Part shown: in pieces, positions 10,625 through 23,903 of the stretch
Position numbering within the stretch: the first letter of the stretch is position 1
Layout of the letters: each line of letters opens with the position of its first letter
Assembly: GCA_965261345.1 (NCBI GenBank)
Contig: OZ253449.1
Span: 1,088,001 to 1,152,000, forward strand
Reading direction: 5' to 3'
DNA: 64,000 bases
Source: Chloroflexota bacterium
Lineage (GTDB): Bacteria > Chloroflexota > UBA11872 > VXNJ01
Program-made: the position numbers and the translations under genes
The notes under the pieces: model-generated
Database searches by the model: none
What the model was told of the DNA's origin: nothing
Seen by the model: the letters and a program-made list of their open reading frames with translations, nothing else

Positions 10625-11512
10625 ATGGACGATACGAAACCGACTGTTGCGTTCGTGGGGGTGGGGCGAATGGGCTCCAATATGGCACTTCGCCTAAACG
10701 ACTGCGGTTACCAGATCGCCAGTGTGTTCGATGCCAACCTGCACATGGCCATGGTGTTGGCAAACAACATCGGCTGCCAAGTCGCCGAGAGTCTGGCGGC
10801 GGTGAGCGCGAGCGCCGCGGTGATTTTCACCGTGGTCAACGACGACGCCTCGATGCGGGATATCTTCCTGTCCGGAAATGACAATCTGCTGGTCGGAGCG
10901 GCCGGAAAGCTTTTTATCAACTGTGCCACCCTTTCGCCCGCGATCCACCGCGAAGTCGATGCCGCGGCCGCCGCGGCCGGCGCCGAATCGCTCGAGGCCT
11001 GCATGGCATCGAGCATCCCGCAGGCCCGCGCCGGGACGCTTTACCTGATGACCGCCGGCTCCGATTCGGCCCAGCAGCGGGCTGCCGGCCCGCTCGCCGA
11101 CCTGGGCATGGTACGAACGATCGGTTCGGTCGGGCAGGCCGCCCAGGTCAAGGCCCTAGTCAACATGGTCATGAACATCAACACCGCCGGCCTAGCCGAG
11201 GGCCTGGGCCTGGCTGACGCGCTGGGGCTCGATCTGGACACGGTCATGGAGGTTTTCTCACAGACCGGGGCCAATTCGCGGGTTCTGGAGACCGACGGCG
11301 CCGATATGCGCGATCGCGACCATGAGGTCTATTTCTCGGCAGCCCACGCGGCCAAGGACTCATCGATCGCCATCGACCTGGCCGAGGAGGCCGGGCTGCG
11401 GCTGCCGCTAGCCAACGCCACCCGGGACCAGTTCCTAAGGTTGATCGCGGACGGCAAGGCCGACCTCGACAAGAGCGCGGTCGCCGAGCTGACCTTCAAG
11501 GGCCGCAGCTAG
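10625..11512 (+). CDS. NAD(P)-dependent beta-hydroxyacid dehydrogenase (3-hydroxyisobutyrate dehydrogenase family)
   Basis: FVGVGRMGSNMA Rossmann motif, catalytic K in QVKALVNMV, HAAKD. Confidence 0.85.
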   Translation: MDDTKPTVAFVGVGRMGSNMALRLNDCGYQIASVFDANLHMAMVLANNIGCQVAESLAAVSASAAVIFTVVNDDASMRDIFLSGNDNLLVGAAGKLFINCATLSPAIHREVDAAAAAAGAESLEACMASSIPQARAGTLYLMTAGSDSAQQRAAGPLADLGMVRTIGSVGQAAQVKALVNMVMNINTAGLAEGLGLADALGLDLDTVMEVFSQTGANSRVLETDGADMRDRDHEVYFSAAHAAKDSSIAIDLAEEAGLRLPLANATRDQFLRLIADGKADLDKSAVAELTFKGRS

Positions 11513-11786
11513 TACCTCCCCCCGCCTGTGCGGGGACGAAGTAGACCGTTGAACCCTCCGGGACGCGGGTTCGCACGCCGCTGGCAAGATCATGGCCGTC
11601 TAGCCAGACCGCCAGCCCTGGCCGCAGGCCATGGGTGGTCTCGTTAGAAACCAGGCGTTCACGCACCCCGGGATAAGCCGCCTCAAGGGCGTCAATCAAC
11701 TCCCCGACCGTTCGGCCGGGGAGCTCGACTTCAACCTGCCCACCGGTTTGTTCGCGCATCGCCCGGGGGACATGGACGATTGGCAT
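11496..11786 (-). CDS. MoaD/ThiS-family sulfur carrier protein
   Basis: Ubiquitin-like pattern TVGELIDALEAAYPG...LRPGLAVWLDG...VYFVPAQAGG; directly downstream of molybdoenzyme subunit. Confidence 0.85.
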   Translation of the reverse strand: MPIVHVPRAMREQTGGQVEVELPGRTVGELIDALEAAYPGVRERLVSNETTHGLRPGLAVWLDGHDLASGVRTRVPEGSTVYFVPAQAGGGTSCGP

Positions 11787-11811
11787 GGGCGGTTACTTTG
11801 GCAGTGGCCCT

Positions 11812-14097
11812 TTAGGACCCGTTGGCAAGGGCGGCTTGCAATGCCGGCGGCGACATCGGAAGCGCCCGCAGGCGTTTGCCGGTGGCCGCAAATATCGCGT
11901 TGGCAATCGTCGCCGGAGGCGGAACGATGCTTGATTCGCCCACTCCGCGCACGCCGTAGGGGTGTCCCGGGTTGGGCACTTCGACGATGATGGTTTCGAT
12001 CATCGGTAGATCCAGCGCGGTGGGCAGCCGGTAATCTAGCAGGCTGTGGTTGCGTAGGCGACCCTGGTCGTCGTACCAGTAACCCTCATTGAGGGCCCAG
12101 CCGATCCCCTGGACCACGCCACCCTGCATCTGTCCCTCAACGTAGGGCGGGTATACCGCTTTACCGGCGTCCTGGGCGATCGTGTAGCGGAGAATCTCGA
12201 CCTTGCCGGTTTCCAGGTCAACTTCCACGTCCGCCGCGTGGGTCGTAAACGACGCCCCGCGTTGGGTCGGAGTGACCGTGGCGTTACCCACAATTTCGAG
12301 TTCGTGTTCGCCCAGCAGGGCGGCCGCTTGGGCGAACGAGAGTTCGTTGCCGCCGCCGACAAAATATCCGTCGGAGGCTTCGACGTCGGCCGGATCCACG
12401 TCCCAGAGACCGGCCAGCGCGACCCGCATCTTGGCAAGGATCTCGCGGGCGGTCTCATAGGCCGCGTAGCCGGTGGCAAAAGTCACGCGTGAACCGCCGG
12501 TCACCGCGGTGAAGGCGACCTCGTCGGTGTGGCCCACGATTGGGATGATGTCCTGCTCGGAGATCCCCAGCGCTTCGGCCATCTGCATGGCAATCGAGGT
12601 TCGCGTGCCACCGATATCGGTCGATCCCTCGATCAGGGTCACCGTACCGTCGGCGTTAACCCGCCCCGAGGCCGAGGAGGTCATTCCGGCGTTGAACCAG
12701 AAGCCCGAGGCCATCCCGCGGCCGCGCGCTTTGTTCGGTTCGGAGGATTCACCCAGTTCACTCTGCCAGTGGGCTGAATCGCGAATCGCCTCGACGCATT
12801 CGATGTTGCCCACCCGCGGGAAGGGCGGCCCATCGGCTCGCCAGTCACCTTCCTTAGAAGCGTTCTGCAGCCGGAAGGCGATTGGGTCAAAACCCAGTTT
12901 TTCACAGATCTCGTCGACCGTGGTTTCCACCGCAAACTCGCTCATCGTCGCCCCGGGGGCGCGGTAAGCGTGCGAATGCGGTTTGTTTACCAGAGCGTCG
13001 TATCCGTCAACCCGAACATTGGTGGTCGAGTAGGGGGCAAAAGCGCAGACGCAGCCGGGGTGAATCGGCGATCCCGGGTAGGGCCCGGCCTCGAACCAGA
13101 ACTCGCCTTGGACGGCGGTAATCTGGCCTTCATTGGTTACACCAATCTTGACCCCCATCCAGGTGCCCGGAGTAGGGCCGGTGGCCCGGATTACCTCATT
13201 GCGGTCCATCGCCATCTTGACCGGGCGCCCGGTCCGGCGCGACATTACCGCAGCCAGCAATTCCAGGTAAGAGGTCGTCTTGCCGCCGAAGCCGCCGCCG
13301 ATTTCCATCGGTACGACCTTGATCTTGGAGACCGGGATCTGCAGCAGATCCTCCAACTCGTTGCGGATTGCAAAAGCGCCCTGCGATGAGCACCAGACTT
13401 CCAGATGCCCATCCTCGTGCCACAGCGCGGTGGCATTGTGGGTTTCGATGTATCCCTGGTGGACGGTGGCCGTCTCGTAGACGTTCTCGAAGACGTGGTC
13501 GGCGGCCGCAAAGCCAGCCTCGACGTCACCTTCCTCATAGATTCGGTGCTCGGCCACGTTCGACGGTTCCTCACCGGCCTGGCCTTCGGTCATGGTCCGG
13601 ATCTCGCTCAGAATTACCGGCCCACGGCCTTCCCGTACCGCCCGCGCCGACATGACCGGCTCGAGAATCTCATAGTCGACCTTAATCAGGCGCGCAGCCG
13701 CTTCGGCGGCGTGCGGATCGCTGGCCGCCACCGCTGCAATGGCGTGACCGTCGTAGAGGACCTTGTCGACCGCCAGCAGGTTCATGGCTTTGAACTTGGT
13801 AGATTGCAGTCCGCCTTCGCCGATATCGGTCAGTCCGGCCTTGGGTTGGGGCAGATCGGCGCTGGTTATTACCGCTCGCACGCCGGGATATTTTTCCGCC
13901 TCCGAAGTGTCGATCGAGCGGATATTGGCATGGGCGTGCGGGGAGCGCAGGACCTTGCCGTAGAGCTGACCGGTCAACCAGATGTCGGAGCCATAGGCTG
14001 CTCGTCCGGTGACCTTGTCAACCCCGTCGTGTCGGACCGGCGATTTTCCAAGGACCTTGAAGTCACCAGTCTTAACCAGTAGGGATTCGGTTGCCAT
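11812..14097 (-). CDS. Xanthine dehydrogenase/CoxL-family molybdopterin-binding subunit
   Basis: DKVTGRAAY, VHQGYIETH, IGGGFGGK, AYRAPG, VEGQMQGGVVQGIG, GVRGVGE. Confidence 0.92.
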   Translation of the reverse strand: MATESLLVKTGDFKVLGKSPVRHDGVDKVTGRAAYGSDIWLTGQLYGKVLRSPHAHANIRSIDTSEAEKYPGVRAVITSADLPQPKAGLTDIGEGGLQSTKFKAMNLLAVDKVLYDGHAIAAVAASDPHAAEAAARLIKVDYEILEPVMSARAVREGRGPVILSEIRTMTEGQAGEEPSNVAEHRIYEEGDVEAGFAAADHVFENVYETATVHQGYIETHNATALWHEDGHLEVWCSSQGAFAIRNELEDLLQIPVSKIKVVPMEIGGGFGGKTTSYLELLAAVMSRRTGRPVKMAMDRNEVIRATGPTPGTWMGVKIGVTNEGQITAVQGEFWFEAGPYPGSPIHPGCVCAFAPYSTTNVRVDGYDALVNKPHSHAYRAPGATMSEFAVETTVDEICEKLGFDPIAFRLQNASKEGDWRADGPPFPRVGNIECVEAIRDSAHWQSELGESSEPNKARGRGMASGFWFNAGMTSSASGRVNADGTVTLIEGSTDIGGTRTSIAMQMAEALGISEQDIIPIVGHTDEVAFTAVTGGSRVTFATGYAAYETAREILAKMRVALAGLWDVDPADVEASDGYFVGGGNELSFAQAAALLGEHELEIVGNATVTPTQRGASFTTHAADVEVDLETGKVEILRYTIAQDAGKAVYPPYVEGQMQGGVVQGIGWALNEGYWYDDQGRLRNHSLLDYRLPTALDLPMIETIIVEVPNPGHPYGVRGVGESSIVPPPATIANAIFAATGKRLRALPMSPPALQAALANGS

Positions 14098-14102
14098 ATT
14101 CT

Positions 14103-14600
14103 TTATTCCTCTTTTCGCATTCGTTCGCCCGCGTCGATTACCGCGCGGACGATCTTGTCATAGCCGGTGCACCGGCACAGATTGCCAGCAAGCCAGAACC
14201 GGATCTCGTGTTCGCTGGGGTTGGGGTTTTCCTCAAGCAAGGCCTTTGTCGAAACAATAAAACCCGGCGTGCAGATCCCGCACTGGAGGGCCGCGTTTTC
14301 CAAATATGCTTGTTGGATTGGGTGCAGCTGATCCGGTGCCCCGACGCCTTCGATCGTGGTAATTTCGCTGCCGGCCGATTCGATCGCGAGCACGCAGCAG
14401 CTGTTGACCAGGCGACCGTCCATGATCACGTTGCAGGCCCCACAGTTGCCGTTGTTGCAACCTTCCTTGGCCCCATACAGGTGGAGCGTCTCGCGCAGTA
14501 CGTCAAGCAGGCTCTCGCGCGGCTCGCACAGGTAGTCGTGCTGCTCTCCGTTGATCGTGGTGGTTACGTGGGTCTTGCCGGAAACTAGGTTAGTGGGCAC
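14103..14600 (-). CDS. (2Fe-2S)-binding subunit, CoxS-like
   Basis: GCNNGNCGAC...NSC, QCGICTPG, GNLCRCTGY. Confidence 0.93.
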   Translation of the reverse strand: MPTNLVSGKTHVTTTINGEQHDYLCEPRESLLDVLRETLHLYGAKEGCNNGNCGACNVIMDGRLVNSCCVLAIESAGSEITTIEGVGAPDQLHPIQQAYLENAALQCGICTPGFIVSTKALLEENPNPSEHEIRFWLAGNLCRCTGYDKIVRAVIDAGERMRKEE

Positions 14601-15474
14601 TGTAGGACTCTCCTCTGGCGCGGGCGACTGCGCCGCGCAAGGCGCGTTTGGTCAATATGCCGCTTAAGTGTTTACGGTATTCGATGGTTCCGCGCATGTC
14701 GGTAATTGGTACGGCCGCCGCGATCGAGTGCCCGGCAGCCAGCTCGCAGGCGGCCTCGTCGGCAACCTGGCCGATCAGCGCCGCGCCAGCTTCGGCAACG
14801 TAGAGCGGGGTCGGGGCGACCGCGCCCAGGCCGATTCGCGCGGCAGTGATTACGTCTCCGTCCAGCTGCACCCAGGCCCCGGCCGAGACTACCGCGATGT
14901 CCATCTCGTTGCGCGGGATAAAGCGAAGGTAGAAAGCCCCCGAGTTGGCCGCTTGCGCGGGGATCGTGAGCGAGACCAGCAATTCGTTGTCAGCTAGCAC
15001 ATTGCGGCCCGGGCCGGTGCAGAAATCCTCGACGGGCACCGTCCGCATCCCTCCTGGACCGGCGATGTTGCAAGTTGCCGAGTAGATGATCAACGGAGGC
15101 GTCGAATCGGCGGCCGGCCCCGAATTACACAGGTTGCCGCCCATTGAAGCGCGGCCTTGAATCCCGGTGCCACCGATTATCGAAGCGGCGTCCACCAGGC
15201 CCGGAAAAGAGCTTTTGACCGTCTGGTCGGCGTAAATGTGATAGCAAGGAACCGCCGCACCCAGGGTCAGCGAGCCGTCCGCGGCAACCGAAATTTCAAC
15301 CAGTTCCGGAATGTGCTTGGCGTCAACGAATACGCTGACATCGCGTGCCCATTCGCGCACTTGCACAATCAGGTCGGTACCGCCAGCCAGCATCCTGGCT
15401 TGGGCACCGTGTTGATCGAGTATTTCGACCGCATCGGCGATGCTGGTGGGCGCCGCGTATTTGATTGCTTGCAA
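14590..15474 (-). CDS. FAD-binding subunit, CoxM-like
   Basis: LAGGTDL, ASMGGNLCN.PAAD, RIGLGAVAPTP, DMRGTIEYR; GGAG SD before TTG 15474. Confidence 0.92.
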   Translation of the reverse strand: MQAIKYAAPTSIADAVEILDQHGAQARMLAGGTDLIVQVREWARDVSVFVDAKHIPELVEISVAADGSLTLGAAVPCYHIYADQTVKSSFPGLVDAASIIGGTGIQGRASMGGNLCNSGPAADSTPPLIIYSATCNIAGPGGMRTVPVEDFCTGPGRNVLADNELLVSLTIPAQAANSGAFYLRFIPRNEMDIAVVSAGAWVQLDGDVITAARIGLGAVAPTPLYVAEAGAALIGQVADEAACELAAGHSIAAAVPITDMRGTIEYRKHLSGILTKRALRGAVARARGESYSAH

Positions 15475-15652
15475 GGCAAACTCCAAATTCGTACATGGCG
15501 CTGTTGACGCGTTGTTGATCCTTTTCCAAAAAAGGTCACTTCACAACACGCCAGTAAAAGAATAAGGAAAACGCGATGGCCAAGCGGAGTAGGCCGGCCC
15601 GCCTATGCTTTAAAAATGTCGCAGCGGCCACTTTACGCCAGGAATTGCCAGC

Positions 15653-17122
15653 TTGCAAGATCTACCCCCGAACATCATTCTGATGATCACCGACCAGCAG
15701 CGGTTCGACACGATCGGGACGTTGGGGAGTCCCTATGTGGACACTCCCAACCTTGACCGCCTGGTCGCCGAAGGCATAGTTTTCGGGAACGTTCACATCA
15801 ACGCCCCGGTCTGCGCCCCTGCGAGGGCCAGCCTTTTTAGCGGACTTTCGCCGCACAACACCGGCGTGCAGCGCAACGATTCGACCTGGCCCGACGGTTG
15901 GGTTGCCACCCTGGCCGAGAGCGGTTACTACTGCGTCAACATCGGCAAGATGCACACCGGTCCGTACACCGCACCGTTCGGCTTCGACGAGCGCTACGTG
16001 GTTGAAAACAAGGATCGCCAAGGCCTTCCGATCAAGTTCTTCGACGAACTGGACCGGGCGATCGCGGCCCACGGCCTGGAGAAGCCCGGCCGGCCGATGT
16101 ACGAGCGTGAGAACGCCGATTGGCAGGAACGGATGGGGGCCTTCGAATGGCCGATAGCCTCGCACCTGCATCCCGACGAGTTCGTCGGCGATACCGCCCT
16201 CTGGTGGCTCGATCAACGTGGGCGCAGTTACCCGCTAAAGCAGCCGCTCTTTTTGGAAATTGGATTCCCGGGGCCGCACCCGCCATTCGATCCGCTCCCC
16301 GAATTGGCCCAGAAATGCATGCAGCGCGAGTTCCCGCTGCTGGAGGTTACCGAGGATGAATTGGACGCCCAACCCAAAGGGTCGAAGCGTTTGCGGCAGC
16401 ATTTTGAAAGCTTCGTCCACGACCCGATCGTCCATGACGCCAGGGCCCCCCACGCCCAGCGTCAGCGTCAGCGGGCCTACTATATGGCCAACTGCGAGAT
16501 GATTGACCGCAAGGTGGGCCAGATCATCGACCGCCTAGACGACCAAGGGCTTCTGCAAAACTCGGTAATGATATTTACCTCCAACCATGGCGAGAGCCTC
16601 GGCGATCACGGCCTGATTGAAAAATGGAACATGTACGACTGTGTCACCCGGGTGCCCACGATTGTTTGGGGACCGGAACGTTTTGACGGCGCGAGGGGGG
16701 TCGACGACCTCTACAGTTGGTTCGATTTGGGGCCGACCATCCTGCAGGTCGCCGAGATCGAGCCACCACCTTATTTTGAGGCGATCAGCATGCTTCCACA
16801 TCTTCTCGGCGACCAGGAAGCCAGCGGGCGTGAGGCGGTTTTTTGCGAGGCCGCGCGCGACCGGACCATGCGCGACATTGAGTACCAGATCATGATGCGT
16901 ACCCGGGACTACAAGTGGGTTGAATTCTTGGGCGAGGAACGCGGCCAACTTTACGACCTGGCCGAGGATCCAGACGAGTTGCACAATCTTTGGGACGAGG
17001 CGGACCGGCGGACCGATATGCTGGCCCAGATCGACAGCTGGTACGTTCGCTCCTCGGCCAAGGCGAACCTGCGTTTCGCCCGCACCGGGATCGATCCGCT
17101 GATTGCGGACCGCCGCAACTAG
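15653..17122 (+). CDS. Sulfatase-like hydrolase (Cys-type)
   Basis: PNIILMITDQQR, CAPAR, GKMH, GPHPPFD, FTSNHGESLGDHG. Confidence 0.9.
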   Translation: MQDLPPNIILMITDQQRFDTIGTLGSPYVDTPNLDRLVAEGIVFGNVHINAPVCAPARASLFSGLSPHNTGVQRNDSTWPDGWVATLAESGYYCVNIGKMHTGPYTAPFGFDERYVVENKDRQGLPIKFFDELDRAIAAHGLEKPGRPMYERENADWQERMGAFEWPIASHLHPDEFVGDTALWWLDQRGRSYPLKQPLFLEIGFPGPHPPFDPLPELAQKCMQREFPLLEVTEDELDAQPKGSKRLRQHFESFVHDPIVHDARAPHAQRQRQRAYYMANCEMIDRKVGQIIDRLDDQGLLQNSVMIFTSNHGESLGDHGLIEKWNMYDCVTRVPTIVWGPERFDGARGVDDLYSWFDLGPTILQVAEIEPPPYFEAISMLPHLLGDQEASGREAVFCEAARDRTMRDIEYQIMMRTRDYKWVEFLGEERGQLYDLAEDPDELHNLWDEADRRTDMLAQIDSWYVRSSAKANLRFARTGIDPLIADRRN

Positions 17123-17143
17123 GTTTGCCGGGGTCAATCCGCG

Positions 17144-18229
17144 ATGAGCAACACTTTCGGGACCGCCCTAAGGATCACGACCTGGGGCGAATCACACGGG
17201 GAGGCGATCGGAGCAGTCATCGACGGTTGCCCGCCGCGGCTGGCGCTCTCGCCGGCCGACATCCAACCCGATCTCGACCGGCGCCGACCGGGTCAGAGCA
17301 GCATCACCACCCAGCGTCGCGAAGCCGATCAAGCCGAAATTCTCTCGGGAGTATTTGACGGGCTGACCCTGGGCACCCCGATTTCGATCCTCGTTCGCAA
17401 CGCCGACGCCCGTGGCAAGGACTACGAGTACATGCGCCGACTGTACCGCCCCTCGCACGCCGACTACACCTACCAGGCCAAGTACGGCATACGCAATTGG
17501 CGCGGCGGCGGTCGCGCCTCGGCCCGCGAGACCATTGGACGCGTTGCCGCCGGCGCGGTCGCCCGCAAATTGCTCGACCAGGCCTTCGGAACCGAGATCG
17601 TTGCGTTCGTAAAGCGCGTTGCCGAAATCGAGGCGCCGGATTGCACCGCCACTGTCAACCGGGCCCTGGTTGACGCCAGCCCCACCCGGGTGCCCGACCC
17701 GGTATCGGCGGCGGCCATCTTTGATCGCATCGACCGGGCCCGCCGCGCCGGGGACTCGCTGGGCGGAGTCGTCGAATTCGTATGCCGCAACGTCCCGCCC
17801 GGCCTGGGTGAACCGGTATTTGGCAAGCTGGATGGCGAGCTGGCCCTGGCCATGCTGTCGCTGCCGGCTGCCAAGGGGTTTGAGATCGGTTCCGGATTTG
17901 CCGGTACCTACCTGTCCGGATCAACCCATAACGACGAGTTCTACATGGATGGCCAGCGAGTGCGCACGCGTACCAATCGCTCGGGCGGAATCCAGGGCGG
18001 GATCTCCAACGGCGAGGCAATCGTCGGCCGGGTCGCCTTCAAACCCACCGCCACAATCCTCAAACCCCAACTGACGGTCGATGAAGACGGCGGCGCGGTC
18101 GAATTCGGCGGGCGCGGTCGCCACGACCCATGCGTGCTGCCGCGGGCGGTTCCAATCGTCGAGGCAATGTGCGCCTTGGTCCTGTGCGATCAGGCTCTGC
18201 GCCACCAAGCCCAGAACGACTTTCTGTAA
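17144..18229 (+). CDS. aroC: Chorismate synthase
   Basis: [51 protein letters not shown]. Confidence 0.97.
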   Translation: MSNTFGTALRITTWGESHGEAIGAVIDGCPPRLALSPADIQPDLDRRRPGQSSITTQRREADQAEILSGVFDGLTLGTPISILVRNADARGKDYEYMRRLYRPSHADYTYQAKYGIRNWRGGGRASARETIGRVAAGAVARKLLDQAFGTEIVAFVKRVAEIEAPDCTATVNRALVDASPTRVPDPVSAAAIFDRIDRARRAGDSLGGVVEFVCRNVPPGLGEPVFGKLDGELALAMLSLPAAKGFEIGSGFAGTYLSGSTHNDEFYMDGQRVRTRTNRSGGIQGGISNGEAIVGRVAFKPTATILKPQLTVDEDGGAVEFGGRGRHDPCVLPRAVPIVEAMCALVLCDQALRHQAQNDFL

Positions 18230-19525
18230 GTGACTGACGAGTCCGGGGCGAGGGCGGCCTACCGCCAGCGTGGCCCGGTCGCCTCGCTGATGCTCTTCCG
18301 CCTCAATCTCTATTGGTTGGGGCTTTCGGTGCTCTGGGGAGGTCTCTCGATCGTCTACCTGCCCGACCGGGTCGAGGCCCTGGTCGGCCCCGACATCAAG
18401 GGCACGATGTTGGGGCTCATCACCGCGGTGGGAGTGACCGCGGCCATCGCCGTGCAACCGCTGGCCGGTGGGCTTTCCGACCGGGCCTGGTCGCGGTGGG
18501 GACGGCGGCGGCCGATGATGCTGGCCGGGGCATTGGCGACCTCGGTCTTCATCTTGCTGCTCTCGCTAACCGCCAGCTACGCCGCCCTGTTGGCGCTGAT
18601 CCTGTGCGCGCAGATCTCGGAGAACACATCACGGGGGGCATACAAGGGGGTTTTGCCAGATCTGGTCGGGATCACCCAGATGTCCCGGGCCTCGTCGGTG
18701 AACGGAATTTTCAACATCTCAGGGGTGGCAATCGGCGCCGCCATTGCTGGCGTCATGCTCGACGCCGGTGTGGTCTGGGGGTTCCTGATCGTCGGGGCGC
18801 TCACCCTGGCGCTTTCGGCGATCGCGTCCTTTGCGCTGATTCCGGCCGGCCCGCTCTTTCCGGCCGGCCATCAGCCGCGGCTGCTAACCGAATTGGGCCA
18901 GGTCGTATCCCAGACCCGCGCCCACCCCGGTTTCGTGCGGGTGATCATCTCGCGCCTGGTATTTTTCGGGGCGGTCCTGGCATCCGACAACACCCTGCTG
19001 TACAACCTGCGCGATCGGCTGGGAATTGACAACCCCGGACAGGCGACCTCGGTACTCTTGGGGATCCTGCTCATCAGCGCGGTCCTGGTGGCCTGGCCGG
19101 CCGGAATGTTCGGTGATAGGTTCGGCCGCAAAAAAGTCGTTTACGCGGCCTGCGGGCTGGGGGTGATCGCTTCGCTGAGCGCTGCTTTCATAGTCAGCTT
19201 TGGCGGGATGGTGGTCGCGGTCTCACTGCTGGGAATGGCTCTGGGGATGTTCACTGCCGGTGATTGGGCCTTGTTAGTCGATAAGTTGCCCAAGCCCGAT
19301 AGCGCCGGCCTCTACCTGGGACTGGCCAACTTCGCCGGCGCCGGCGGGGATGCGCTGGGTACCCTCTGGGCCGGGATCGCGCTTGACCTTGGCAATCGCG
19401 TCGGACACCTGTGGGGGTTTAGCGCGGTCTACCTGATCATGGGCGCCCTTATGGCCCTGGCCGCGTTCATCCTGCGGCCGCTGCAGGACGAAGTGGCGGT
19501 CCTGGCGGTTGACCCGGCCGGCTGA
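18230..19525 (+). CDS. MFS transporter
   Basis: About 12 TM segments, GGLSDR..SRWGRRRP motif A and GDRFGRK repeat. Confidence 0.88.
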   Translation: MTDESGARAAYRQRGPVASLMLFRLNLYWLGLSVLWGGLSIVYLPDRVEALVGPDIKGTMLGLITAVGVTAAIAVQPLAGGLSDRAWSRWGRRRPMMLAGALATSVFILLLSLTASYAALLALILCAQISENTSRGAYKGVLPDLVGITQMSRASSVNGIFNISGVAIGAAIAGVMLDAGVVWGFLIVGALTLALSAIASFALIPAGPLFPAGHQPRLLTELGQVVSQTRAHPGFVRVIISRLVFFGAVLASDNTLLYNLRDRLGIDNPGQATSVLLGILLISAVLVAWPAGMFGDRFGRKKVVYAACGLGVIASLSAAFIVSFGGMVVAVSLLGMALGMFTAGDWALLVDKLPKPDSAGLYLGLANFAGAGGDALGTLWAGIALDLGNRVGHLWGFSAVYLIMGALMALAAFILRPLQDEVAVLAVDPAG

Positions 19526-19547
19526 ATTTAGACGGCGCCTTTTTGAT

Positions 19548-19769
19548 CTAACGGCGGCCGGTCTCCAGATAGTCGAGCGCCTTGGCGTAACTGTGTTTGG
19601 CCAAAAAATGCGCGAGCTGGCGGTCCGGCTGACGCTGGGCCAGCGTCGCCACCTGCTCCATTGCCATCCGCAAAGGCCCGGCGGAATCGGTTTTGCCATC
19701 TCCCAGTTGCTCGGTCAGCTTGGCGATCGACCTAAGCGCGAGGGTGATTTCTTCGGTCAGATCAGTCAA
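19548..19769 (-). CDS. Small hypothetical helical protein
   Basis: 73 aa, 4-bp overlap with upstream M20 gene, C-terminal LAHFLAKHSYAKALDYLE looks protein-like. Confidence 0.65.
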   Translation of the reverse strand: MTDLTEEITLALRSIAKLTEQLGDGKTDSAGPLRMAMEQVATLAQRQPDRQLAHFLAKHSYAKALDYLETGRR

Positions 19770-20899
19770 TGAGGCATCCCTTGCGCGTACCGCCGTACGA
19801 CATCTTCATAGAGGTTGACACAAGCTGCGACCTGCCCGAGCTCGACGTATTCACGGGCCGAGTGCGCCTGGGCGATGTCGCCCGGCCCCAGGACCACGAA
19901 ATCCAGTCCCCGAGGCGCATAGGCGGCAGCGTCGGTGCTGTAGGGGACCCCGATCGGTTCGACCTGGCCGGCCGGTTGGCAGGCCCGCATCGCCGCCCGC
20001 ACGATGGGCGCGGCCGGATCCGATTCCACCCCCGGCTCGGCGGCGTAGGGATCCTCGACCAGGATCGCCGGGTTGGCGGCCAGCAGGTCGCGGATCGTCC
20101 GATGGACCGCCATCGGGTCCTCGCCGGGCAGCATTCGCCGGTCGACCATTGCCCGACAGCTGGCTGGCACCACGTTGACCTGGACTCCGCCGCTGATAGT
20201 TGAAACCGTCAATTTGGCCTCGCCGCACAGTCCGTGCGGATGCGCCGGCATTATCTGATCGGGCAACGTCCGAAGGTCGGCAATGGCATCTAACATCGCA
20301 TAGATGGCGTTGCTGCCCAGTTCGGGGTTGGCGGTGTGGGCGGACTTCCCGGACGCGGTCAACCCAAAGCGCAGTATTCCCTTTTGCGCGATAACCGGCG
20401 CCAGGCCGGTGGGTTCACCGACGATGACCGCATCCGCGGAGACATCGGCGGCCAGGTGGTGCGCCCCGCGTTTTCTATATTCCTCGTCAACCACTCCGGC
20501 CAGGATCACGTTGACCGGCGGTGGGTCGGCGACCAGGCGCTCCAGCATCAGCAGGGCCGCGGCCATGGCTCCCTTAACGTCGCAGGCGCCGCGGCCGTAG
20601 AGACGTTGGCCCTCGCGTACCGGACGGGCACTACCCAGCTCTCCCTCCTGCGGTACGGTATCGAGATGGATGTCAAAAAGCAGGGTGTTGCGATGCCCGC
20701 CGTCAAGCGCGAGCAGAACGTTCTTCCGGCCGTCAACTACCAACTGGCGGGTTACCGCGAGCCCAATGCGGGCACCAAATCCGGCGACAAAGTCGCCGTA
20801 ATCGTTCTCGCCCGCCCGCCCGGCGGGCATATCGGGATTAACCGATTCGATTGCAATCAGTTGGCTGAGCAACTCGGCGGCGCGCTCACCGTCATTCAT
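19766..20899 (-). CDS. M20 family metallopeptidase (ArgE/DapE-like deacylase)
   Basis: IESVNP, HLDTV, GRGACDVKG, VDEE, VGEPT, GPGDIAQAH. Confidence 0.9.
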   Translation of the reverse strand: MNDGERAAELLSQLIAIESVNPDMPAGRAGENDYGDFVAGFGARIGLAVTRQLVVDGRKNVLLALDGGHRNTLLFDIHLDTVPQEGELGSARPVREGQRLYGRGACDVKGAMAAALLMLERLVADPPPVNVILAGVVDEEYRKRGAHHLAADVSADAVIVGEPTGLAPVIAQKGILRFGLTASGKSAHTANPELGSNAIYAMLDAIADLRTLPDQIMPAHPHGLCGEAKLTVSTISGGVQVNVVPASCRAMVDRRMLPGEDPMAVHRTIRDLLAANPAILVEDPYAAEPGVESDPAAPIVRAAMRACQPAGQVEPIGVPYSTDAAAYAPRGLDFVVLGPGDIAQAHSAREYVELGQVAACVNLYEDVVRRYAQGMPH

Positions 20900-20977
20900 A
20901 TTTGGAAATCCGCGGACTCGGCTGCAACATGCGGGCTTGGGCACCCAAGCCCTAGTTTGACCGGGCCGCCAAACCTA

Positions 20978-23833
<2,856 letters not shown>

Positions 23834-23903
23834 TCAATTCTTAGCTAAAAATTCCAAATACAAGCACAGCCAAACCTATTCAGTGAGATCAGAAACCACT
23901 CTG

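Noticed and set aside
11812-14097. Aerobic CO dehydrogenase CoxL
   Set aside because: Lacks the AYxCSFR Cu-binding loop
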